This document shows positions 40,441 to 51,900 of a stretch of DNA of 64,000 nucleotides, in pieces. The stretch is from Setoptus koraiensis (lineage: Eukaryota > Animalia > Arthropoda): NCBI GenBank assembly GCA_048013815.1, contig CM106586.1, positions 21,142,001 through 21,206,000 of the forward strand, written 5' to 3'. Position 1 is the stretch's first letter, and each line of letters begins with the position of its first letter. Below the pieces are notes generated by a model. That model made no database searches. It had not been told where the DNA came from and saw only the letters and a program-made list of their open reading frames with translations. Made by a program: the position numbers and the translations under genes.

Positions 40441-42780
40441 CCACTATGATGGCAGCGACGACGATGATAATGATGTCGCGGCAACGGCGAGCCAGCGGCA
40501 ACGCATACAAATGTTGCAACATTGCATACAAATATAAATACAAAACAACAAGTGACTAGCTTGCCACGCAAGTAGCAATTTGATGCGGCTTGTTGGCAAG
40601 CCGCGCCAAGCGATTTGAGCGATTTGTTGGCCAACTGTCAGTGGCCGAGCGATGCAAACAGTGGCCGCATTGCGCCACCAATTACAATTACAATTGCATA
40701 ATGACAGCAGCAGCTAATTAGTGTCGTCAATTTGATTTTGGCTGCGTCCCGATCGACTGCTCGCATACATTGCAGTAATTAACTGTTGATGACGTCTATG
40801 AATTACCATGAGCGCCATTTGTCATGGCCGCGCTCCGGCCGACACAAATCGTCTTGCGCAATCGTCCCTCGCTTGCCACATTGGCTTTGGTTTGCGGGCC
40901 GGCCGCTCGGGATTGTCGAGTGGAGCGGCCCGACGTGAGCTCACACTCAAGTTGCAGCGCCGGCTCAAATTCAAACAGTTTTTCAATAATTCATCCCGAA
41001 ATAACGGCCGCAAATAAATAATGCAAATGTGAGCTACAGCAGCGAAAACAACAAGCCGACAATGGCAAGCTCATGGCGCGTCGACATGTAAATGCAAAAC
41101 GGTTGTGGCAGCGGCCGTTATTGTTCGCCGTTGTCATGTCGTGCCAACGGCCGGCCGGCCAGCGCTAATTGATGCTGGCTACTGTTTTTGGCAAGCTAGC
41201 CGCACACTGTATGTATATTGCACTGTATGTTGGCTCACGAGGCCGCTGATGATGGTCGCTGGCCGTTCATTAGTTTGAAAGTTTGCTTGGCAGCACGATC
41301 GTGACGCGCGCAATAAAGCCGGTCGTTGACTCACTTGTTGTTGCCAGTTTGGCCGGCGCCGAGACTCTCGGCGCCGGCCAACAACGGACAGCGTCCGCCC
41401 GTTCGGCCGGCCCGACGCTGGCTGCCAATCTGCGTTCGCTCACCTGGCAGCAACTCTCAATTTTGCCGGCGCCGGGCCGCTCAAATTTCTGGCGTCCGTT
41501 GCGCAAGCGGCCCGATAACGGATAAATTGAAGGCACACGACATGTGTGTTGCGCAACTCTCTCCATCTCGAAGCTCCGTTGCGGCCGAGCGCGAATCCGG
41601 CCAGACCGTTGGCTAGACCGAGATTCTCGTTCGGCTGCAGCGGAGATTCTCGTTCGGCCACAACGGAGATTCTCGCTCGGCTGCAACGCGACCGAATGCG
41701 AAGACCGAGCTTCGACGGCGCTCAGCTGAAACGGATTCCGCCGAAACAAATTCTGGCGCGACCAACTCGCCGGCAACGGCGCCGGCCAGAACGAATGGCA
41801 AGCGATAATAACAATCAAACGGCAGCCACTTGATACGGCGCTCAGCTGATCGCGGCCGCACGCCGTTGTGACGGCCGACGATTAAGATAAAGTATCTTTT
41901 GTTGTTAATTATTGCTGACTGACGGCCCATTGAGCCGGCGCCATTCAATTTGGGCCGCTCGAGCGCTGTTTACCTTTCGCAATCCGCCAATGATTCGTCC
42001 GCCACTGTTACGCAACCGGCTGCCATTCATAGCCATGCTGACGAGCGATTGCCTAATCAATTTTTATCTCTCGCTCGCTCGCATTGTTTGTCAAGTCTTT
42101 GTTGTTGTCGCTGTTGTTGCCGTTGTTGCTGTTGTTGCCGCTGTTGTTGCCGCTGTTGTTGGCGCTGTTGTTGTTGCGGCAACAGCGCTCATTCATCATC
42201 GGTCGCTTTCTCCGCGCCAGCGATCGGTCATGATTGCAAACAATAACGACGCATGCACAACGACCAGCGCCGACGAGTCAACAGTTAGACGCGGAACAAG
42301 CAAAAGCGATCCACAGAAGCCCCCACTCGCACTCACCTGTGCAGCCGGCCGCACAGGTGAGTCCGTTGGCGATTGTTGCATCATTCGTCGAATTTCGTTG
42401 CGCCACGCGCCGGGTAGGCGTAGCAAGTGTCACGCTGGCTGTGAGCTGTACGGATGTGCGGATATGTGCGGATATGTGCGGATATGCGCACAAGCTGCGA
42501 CCGATCGGCGCCGCGATCGACAATCGTCAATCGACAATTGACAATCGACAATTGACAATCGACAATTGACAATCGTCAATTGACAGCTGACGGTCTCGGC
42601 GCGGCCGCTGTCTCGGGACTCGGACAGCCAGCAACGGGCAGCGGGCCGGTTGGTGTCGCGGATCACTTGCACTTGCCAGCGGCTACCGCGCGGTGATGCG
42701 GCGACCGGCCATCGACAAATCGAATTACAAATCGGAGATGGCGCATCGCAGTAGCACAGGCAAACAATAACAGCGGCTCA

Positions 42781-45700
42781 TTATGTAACAGACTGCTGCT
42801 GTTGTTACATAATCATGTGACATGTCGGCTCAACTCGTTTCCTGACAACGACTGGCGCATCACTCAAATTGAGCGACGCGCGGCGTCTCGAGACTCGAGA
42901 TGCTCGACTCGAGAATGTCACAAATTGATAATGTCGCCAGCCGAAAATGTCACAAACGTCTTTTGCTCGCTCTCCGCCAGTCGGCATTGACATCCGCCGA
43001 ATGTATCCGCCGAATGTATCCGCCGAATGTATCCGCCGAATGTATCCGCTCAATGTATCCGCTAAAAAGTGACTCACCGTCGCTCGCGGTGTCAGTGACG
43101 GGCCGGCCGCATCCGGTTACCGGCTCGGCAACACTGACTCACCTGATCCGACTCACCTGATCCGACAATTGTGAATGGATACATTGGGCACCGATTGACG
43201 GACAGATCGGGCTTGGGGCGACAGCAAAACCAGCGGCCATGTATAACAACTAACGCGACAGTAACAAATGTATACCATGTATTAACATGTACTCACAGGG
43301 TTAGCGTATAGTGAGCGCCATAAGTAATAAAATGAAAAGTGTAAAAAGCAGTTGTGGGCCTTTTACTGCCAGAGGGCGCTTTCGTTTGGCAAATTCAAAT
43401 TTCGCGACAGCACGCATACTCAGCGCGCACTGTTCGTGCCCCCCCCCCTCGCGAGTCGCGAATGATTTGATTGCGTAGTGAGCAAGCTGAAGCAGGCTGA
43501 TGTGAATTTGCTCAAGCGGGGGAAAGCAGCGCATGGATATGCGCGGATAGCGCCTGGCGCCGATATCCACGCAACGTCGGGCAACAGCTCACAAAGCTGT
43601 TGTCAGTGGACGACGGATCAATTTAACTTTTTGCTCGGTTGGTTGGTTCGGCCAACTAGTTGCAATTTGCCTACTCGCCAGCGAGCACTCGTTACAAGTT
43701 TATTATTATTATATTATCTCGTCGACTTACGTAACTCGACTTGTATAAGTCGACGATATCAGCCAGTTTGCAACAGTGTTGACATTTGGTCGCAGTGCCG
43801 TGTGCTATCGATGAAATCATTCACTAATCTTGTTATTCTCTCATTTTGTGTCCACCCATCATGCGCTTTGTGCGTCTATTATGACACGATGTTGGCCGTC
43901 TGACCGCATCACACGACAGCCAGCGACTAATCAAGCGATTATGTAACCGGCGGCCACTAGCATCGAGCGACATCGAGCGACATCGAGCGACATCAAGCGA
44001 CATCGAGCGGCAGCCGACCAGCGCCAGCGCAAGAATACAAGCTCAACAGGGCGCAACAACAACAACGACACCGACAGCAGCGACGACACTGACAGCAACA
44101 GCGACACTGACAGCAGCGACGACACTGACAGCAACAGCGACAACGACGACGACGAGCCGGCAGACGCCATTTGAATGCGGTGCATGTCGCAACGGCAAGC
44201 GTCGTCATTATCAGCCATCCACTACAAATACACACATCAGCTGTTGTGGCGATCGCCAGTGACAAGCAAAGTGGAGCAACATCGACATCAACAGCGACAT
44301 CGACAGCAACACCGACAACAACAACAGCGACGACAGCAACAGCGACGACAGCGACAACAGCGACCCGATCACAAGAGCAGAACGACAATTTGAATGTCAA
44401 CACCAACCGCATTACATCATCCAAATCAGAGCAGCAGCAGCAGCAGCCAGCAGCGACATCATTTGCGAGCCGATCACAATCGCCAGCTGACGGCCTCTTG
44501 TTGGTGTTGTCACTTTTGGCAGCGCGGTTGCTGTTGTTGTTGTTGTTGTGGTCATTTTGTCAGTTGGCGCTTGCAGCGGCCGCTCGCCGGCGCCGGTTCA
44601 GGGTCAGTGACATTGGCCGGCGAATCGGCAGCAACGAGGGGGCCGCGTTGTGGCGCCCAGCCATCCAGTGATGTCGCAACAGCAGCGACAACAACCACAC
44701 CAGCGACAACAACCACACCGGAGACAACAACCACAACAACCACAAGTGTAACAAGTGCAACAGTGTACAGAGCAAATGGTAGCGAGAATTTAAATGAGTC
44801 AACTCATTTGAGAAGCAACATGAAGAAGAAGAAGAGAAGGCAGAGCGGCCATGGCAGCATGTTATTATCGCTGATATTATTATCGGCCGGCTCATCAATA
44901 CTATACGACATTGCGACGACAATCAATTTGACAACTAAACCGCAAACGCATGACACCGCTCAGCTGACCGTCAGCTGGCGCCGTCACTTGGCGGCCTGGT
45001 CGGCCCAGTGGTCAGCGGCCGGCCGGCCCGCAGGTGTGCTAATGGCCGAGGCGCTGCAAGCGGGCGCCAATCAGTTGCAGACGGACGCAACAGACAACAA
45101 CTCAGGTGAGTGTGTGACAACTTGTTCATCTCTTTCAATCAGTTCACTGTTTGCCCTATATCGCTCATTGTGTCGCTTCGTTGCTGCATACAAACGATGC
45201 CACGGCAACGAGGCATCGTTTGCATCATCATTACGTAACTGCGCTCACATCATTACATAACTACGCTCACATCGTCCGACGATGATCGTCAGCTCTCGAC
45301 CGCGCGCTGACGAGCCCACAAATAATGACGCAATCGCTAATAAGTTGACAGGTGACGCTTGGGCGCTCTCGCGCATGATTAATCTTGTGGCGGCGGCGGC
45401 GGCGGCATCTCGTGACCGCTCTTGTCGGTCGCCCCATTTCAGGCGACCATTTTCAAACTGGCATTTTGTCCATTTGAATTTGTCCCGTGGCCCGGCCACC
45501 GACGCACCAACCGGCTGCGTTTGTGCCGGCCCGACCGCCCGCTCAGATCGATTCGAGCGGCCGCTCGGGCCGGCTCAACAATTCGGCCCGATAATTCGGC
45601 TCGACGATTCGGCTCGATGATTTGGCTCGATGATTCGGCTCGATAATATCGCCGGCCGGATAAAAATAAACGACGCCGAGTTTATCGGCCCGCGACGCAA

Positions 45701-45918
45701 CCGGCGATGAGCACACAATGATAATTTAATTACAGGCTGCAACGAAAACTTGCAAAAGTCGCGCAACTTTTCAAGGAACAAAAAACTTTTCAAGGCGCAA
45801 CTTTTCCGTTGCCCCCCCCCTCTGCACCAGCGTATGCGAATTGTACGCTGACGTAATCAGATTTGCATACGTGCCGACGCGCAACAGTATGCGCACTAAC
45901 ACGCTAACAATTACGTAA
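42781..45918. promoter_or_regulatory. Cluster of PAR-bZIP/NFIL3-type sites (TTAYGTAA) around predicted exon 1
   Basis: Sites at 42781, 42805, 43727, 43939, 45231, 45253 and 45911. Confidence 0.4.
44820..45105 (+). CDS. kirre: Probable first coding exon of kirre-like gene (signal-peptide-like N-terminus)
   Basis: caacATG context; MKKKKRR..MLLSLILLSAGSSILY is a basic-then-hydrophobic N-terminus. It ends at CAG|GTGAGT in phase 1, matching the acceptor at 52454 (G+AC = Asp). No homology evidence is available for this exon. Confidence 0.55.
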
Positions 45919-48900
45919 CTGTCGGCTGGTCACTTTTTGGGCGACTTTTTGAGCAGTCTTACTGCTCGGTGTCAGCTTTTTGGGCAGTTTTGCCGCTCGG
46001 TACCAGCTTCTTGAGCGGCTCGGGCGCTCGGGCGGCCAGCAAAATGGTCGCTGTTTGTGCGCCACATGTCTCTATCATGGCACAGCCCGTTTATTGTGTC
46101 GCTGGCGAGCTGGTGACGACAATTCGCTCATTTGAATAATTGACTCACCCGATGGATTATTATTCACACGGCGAGCACAGCGCACATAACTGGTCATTGT
46201 GTCACCGTTGAGCGGCGCCAGTTTATCATTGCCAAGCAACAGCGACAACACAATCCTGCCCGGCGGAAAAAGAGCCCCAATCCGGCCCGAGGAGGCGGCC
46301 CGTTACAGCGGCCGAGAGGGCGAGCCGATCACATCATTTATTGCATCGTGTCGGGCACGCGCTCGCACAAAAGTCGGTTTGCTGGCGCGCCAATTGGCCT
46401 TTATCGGGCCGGTCACTATTGGCCGCTGGCGGGCGTTGTTGTTGTCGCTGTTGTTGTTGTTGTCGCCGTTGTTGTTGTTGTCGCCGTTGTTGTTGTTGTT
46501 GTTGTTGTTGTCACTGTTGTTGTCGCTGTTGTTTTGCAATGATAAACTGGCCCCGCTCAACGGTGACACAATACGTTGCGCAACTGGCCGTTGGTTAGCT
46601 GGACGCCATGATGTGCACGAGCTCTCTGTGTCGGTCTGATCTAGTTGCTGATTTGGTTAGCTGTTGATTTGGTGGCGCGCTGAGCGCTGTCAGGCACCGG
46701 TCAGCGGCTTGATTGATTTTGCCCAGGTGACAGCCAGACTGAGGCGCGACAGTGGGCCCCATCGAATGGGAGCCGCCGGCGACTCGTTGAGTACAGTCGC
46801 TCTGTGCTCGGCAGCAATGTCGGCAATCAGATCTGGCCCGCGATATCGCAATTTATTACGGACTTACTTTTGTTAGTCACGGCGAGCCAGCGCTAGCTAG
46901 TGCGACCCAGCTGAAATTGGCCCAGTTGAGGCCGATTTCGGAGCGCCAGTTTGTTTGTCAGTTTGTTGCGCGGCGAGGGCTCGTTGCGCGGCCGGGCACA
47001 GAGCGGGCAACGCTGGCCCCAGAGCGGCCTAATGGAAGTGTGAATAGGGGGCGACTTTTAATTATTTATATATCTCGAACAAAGATCGCGCGCCCCAATT
47101 GGGGCGCGCGATCTTTGCGCGAGCAGCGAGCGCCGTCGCTCGCCCATTCCGGGTCGCTCGCCAATTTCGGGTCTATCGGCGGGCGGCACAATGCAGCGAT
47201 ATAATGTTGCAATGATATAATCGGTGTGATCGCGCTGACTGCCGGCCCGGCCCGTCGGCGACCGGGTTACCTTGCGAGTCGCGATTGTGCGGATCGCGAC
47301 TGTGCGAGTCGCAATTGCGATTCACGCAATTGCGTCAATCGATTCGGTGGTGCGAATTCGCAAAATTGGCGAAAAAACCAGTGGCATGAATGGCGCTCAT
47401 TGAACGGCGCTCGCTGAATGGGTAATTGAGCGTCTAGGCAATGGCCCAGAGCAGCCAACAGAGTAGTTATAATTATTTGAATATATTTGTATTACATTAT
47501 ATTCGTTTGCGAGAGCCACCATTGGGCTTGCGAGCGCGATTAGCCGGTCGACGGGCATGATATCAATGATACGACTGTGATTTGGAAATGAAAATTCAAG
47601 TGAAGGCTCATTAGAATATAATCGGTCAATTGTTTGCAGCAGCCAGCGTCCATAAAACACCTATGGGGCGCGAACTGGCGTTGACTGCAGCCAGTGGCAG
47701 CCAGTGGCTGCAGTCGGCGTCTCGCTCGTCTCTCGGGCCGGCGCTGCTCGGGCACCGCTGCCCGGCTGACGCTGCCCGGCCGACGCTGCCCGGCTCACCG
47801 AACTGGCTCCATCTTGGTCGACAAACAACAAAAGCGCACAAACAAAGCGATAAATCACCTCGCTTCTGTGGCTGCACACGCCGAGCATGATGTAACCAGT
47901 GGCATGACGTAACCGGTCGCTCGGTGCCAGCCACTGGAGAGAGCAAAAGTTAACGAGTCGCAATGGATGCCATGTTAGCAGGCTAAATGAGATTCATGCC
48001 AAAACAGATGATGGCACAGTAAATAGATGGCTTGTTAGACGCTCGTTGTTGGCCCGTCTAATTGATTTGCCGGCCCGCTCGCTCGCCCGCGCCTTGCCCG
48101 TCGCCTGCCGCGCTCGGCCCGTTGCGCATTGTGTTGCTGTTGTTGTCGTTGTTGCCGTTGTTGTTGTCGTTGTTGCCGTTGCCGTTGCGAGCGCAAACGC
48201 CGCTGAAAAACACAACAATCACCGTTACTTCATCGGGCGCTCTGTCATTGTTGAACAACAACGACAACGACAGCAACGACAACAACAGCAACAACAACGG
48301 CAACAACAACGACAGCAACGACGACAGCAACAACGCCAAACGACGCCAGCCCCTTGCAGATTATGCAAATGCTCTGTCAGTCACTTGTCACTCTCGTGTG
48401 TCTCTCTATCTATAATCTGGCCGACACACTGAATGGCATTCGTCACTTGGGCACGACGCCCCCTCTCGGGCCCGACGCTGGCTTGTCGCTGCCGATTTCG
48501 TGCGCCCGCGACCGCGTTTTGTGCGCCCGCGACCGCGTTTCAGCCGCACTCGGGCCGCGTTTTGTGCGCATTTCGTCGGGCGCAATCCGATTTGAAAGTG
48601 CGCTTTTTGGTGGCTGCTGGCTCGGGCCACCATCATAAGCGCACACGAGCCCGGCTTGCTGGCTGAAAAGTGCGGATACTCGGTCACGGCTCATTGGGCT
48701 GGTGGCGCCGCGGCCGGCCGCGGGTTTGCCTCGGGTCCGCCGCGAAACTCACCTGGCTGGCTGGCTGGCTGGCTGGCCGGCTGGCCGCAAGTGCTAGTCG
48801 CGACCGACACAACGTATAATGATCTCTCCGCTGGCGCGTCCGTGTAATCGATAATTCCGGCCGGCCGAGCTGACATTTGGGCACGGTTTTAGCGCGCATT

Positions 48901-51900
48901 GCGCCAATTGTAACTGTCTCTGGTGTAATCTCTCTGACCGGGCAGCTCTAGCTGGGCAATCGCGACTGTCCAATTCTGTTAGTCCGCCAGTGGGGCCACT
49001 CTGAATGGGGCCACTAGTTGGCCCGTTGGGCCGCCGGCGCAACGCTGGCGCTGTGTGAATAATATAATGATCATCATAATGGTCATCATCATCAAACATC
49101 GATATCTATTCGAGCGACATATCCATTCTAGTTAGATATCCAGCATGGCCAGATATCCGCTCTGGCCCGATATCCATTCTAGTTGGATATCCATTGGTTC
49201 ATGGATAGTTGGCGCATCGATAGCCAACTATCCATGAACCAATGTATAGTTGGCGCGGGGGCCAATGATGGTCGCCGTGGCACGTCGCCCGCTCCAAAGA
49301 TAACGCAATGATAATAATATATAGTTGTTACATAATAATCATTAGTACGTGGTGTTTGTGTGGCACGGTAGTGGGCGCAAGGTGTCACACAGCGTGCCCG
49401 TTGCGGGCTTAAGCGGTCCGTCAGCGACAAGCGGACGGGCGGGCGGACGGGCGGGCGGGCGGACGGGTAAATCTTTTCTTTGCTGTGGGTGCTTTGTTGG
49501 CGCTGGCCACGAGCCGGCCAGTCGTGTTTTGTTTCGTATCATTTCGTTTTGTGGCCCACTGTTTCGCTGTTGCGCAATCGTCTCGAGCCGGTGCCCGGTC
49601 CGAGCCGGGCGCAACGGGCCGAGCCGCGCCACGTTGAGTGTTGTCGTTGTTGGTGTTGGTGTCGCTGTTGTCGTTGTTGTCGTTGTTGTCGTTGTAGTCG
49701 CTGTTGTCGTTGTTGCCGTTGTTGTCGTTGTTGCGAAACAACTGCGCCCAGTTGCGAGGCGCCAATAATAATTTATCGCGCCATATATTCAATACATCCA
49801 TCTATGCGACGCTTGCCGCGACCGCTGATGACACTGTTACGCCGGCTACCACCAATTATACTGACCATTATGTTTGTTTGGACCATTAGACGACACACGA
49901 CTTGACACAACCACCGACCGCCGACCACTGACCACTGGCCGCCGACCACTGACCACTGGCCGGCGGCCAGCGGCCAGACAGAGGGCGCAAACAGCGACAG
50001 CCAGCACTGGCAAACAACGGCCGCCCTCAGCCAGCGCACCAATAGTGGCCACAAAACGGCCAACAATGCCGTTTATTAAGGCCAATGATTCATGATGGGG
50101 GGCCAAGGGGGCCGAAGGGGCCGGCGCCGATTCGTGTTACACGTCAATTAATTGCCTCGGCTCACACGCCGGATCGGATCACACAAATGGCAGAGCAAAT
50201 GTCGCAAAATAACAACGATATTTTGCGGGCCCCTGTGCCAACTCGGGCGTCGTTTGTGCCATTTTGGCACACTACATACTACTGTAAAAAATTGCGCGCA
50301 AGGTCGCTATATTTTGCGCTGTCGTTGTCGTGCTCATCGACAAAAATGTCGCATCATCGGCACCCGAGCGTCCGATCCGCCGATGATGCGCGTCACGACG
50401 AATGCCACGTGTAAAGCCGCGTGTAAAGCCGCGTATATAAACAGTCTACACGATTATGTAACGGCATTACATAATATAAATCGCTACCACTTTGCGCCGC
50501 CCACTCACTCACAATTGCGCAATTGTCTCGCTGGGGCGCGCGATGCTGGCACGCCATGAATTATCTGGCCGCACAGACTGAATTAGCCGCCATTGTTGCG
50601 CGCAACGCGATTGTTGAGGGCCAACGCGATTGTTGGGGGCCAACGCGGGTGACGCAATAACATTGACGCAATGCCGGCTGTTACGCAATAATATTGATGC
50701 AATGGCAGTGGTGCAATGGCGGCAGTGGTGCAACAGCATTGCAGCATGATGCAGCGCCGGTGAGAGTGCAACCAGCTGCACAGGTGCAGTTGCGTAAGGG
50801 CGCCGAACGAGGGTGCATTTATATGTATGTATATATAAAGGTGCGTATATATAAATATTGCGTCATTGTGCCATTGTGCTGGCCAGTGCATTGTTGTTTG
50901 CGACAAGTGCCAATGTAAACACACGCCGGTCACGACGGCGGCGGCTTGACCGCTGCTGTTGACATAGCAGCGACTGCTCACCTGTGCACGCCGACATGTC
51001 GAGCAATCGCCGATATGTCACCGAACGGTGGCACCACCGTCGGCAGCATCAATCTAAAATTAACATCCAACAGCTATAATAATAACGAGCGCTCGCCCGC
51101 TTGGCAATTATTTATTTTGCTGCCGCATTCGGCTGCCCCCGGCCGCCCGTCCGACTCGCGCGCCCGTCCGAACCCGCTGGCCTATCCAAACAGAAGCGCC
51201 GCTGTGCGGGCCGGCCGCGCGGGCCAGCCGAGAGCGGCAAAAAAGCACACACATTATGGATTTGTTGACACACAACAAATGGCGACATTATGATGCTTTT
51301 AATTTCAATTTATTACCTCTTTCGGCCAGCCCGAACCCGCTCGCCGTTTCCCCTCGGCCCGCACACTGGCAACACACTGACTGAGACAAGTGCTCACAAG
51401 CACCGTCGCTGTTATTATGTAATGTCGTCGTCGCTGTCGACATTACATAATAACAGCGAGCCAACGTTCGCAGTGTAAACATACGCGCCAAAGTTGGCCA
51501 ACTACAAATGTACAAATGTATGCTCAGCGCCAGTGCGCCTCTATGCGCCGGCCACACTCATTAAATTTAAATCAATCACTGTGCCACTCTCTCAAATGGG
51601 CCCATTTGCGCCCCAACAACTGCGCGCAGTGTGCACTTTGGCGCGCCAATTTGGGGCCCCGTCGCGGCTCTGTTGTACCGTGATTATCATCGGTGTAACA
51701 GGCTCGCGGCGTCGGCGTGCCGCAGAATCGGCACAAGCCAGCGACGCTACCCAGCGGCCGTGCCCGACATTTCGCCCACATTTCCGGCGCGCCTTTCGAG
51801 CGCCCCCACGGATGCCGCCACTGTGCAGTTTAGACGGCTCGAGCTGGCACAGTGCGCCGTGTGCCCCGACAGACCCACCAGACAGACCCACCAGCCAGCG

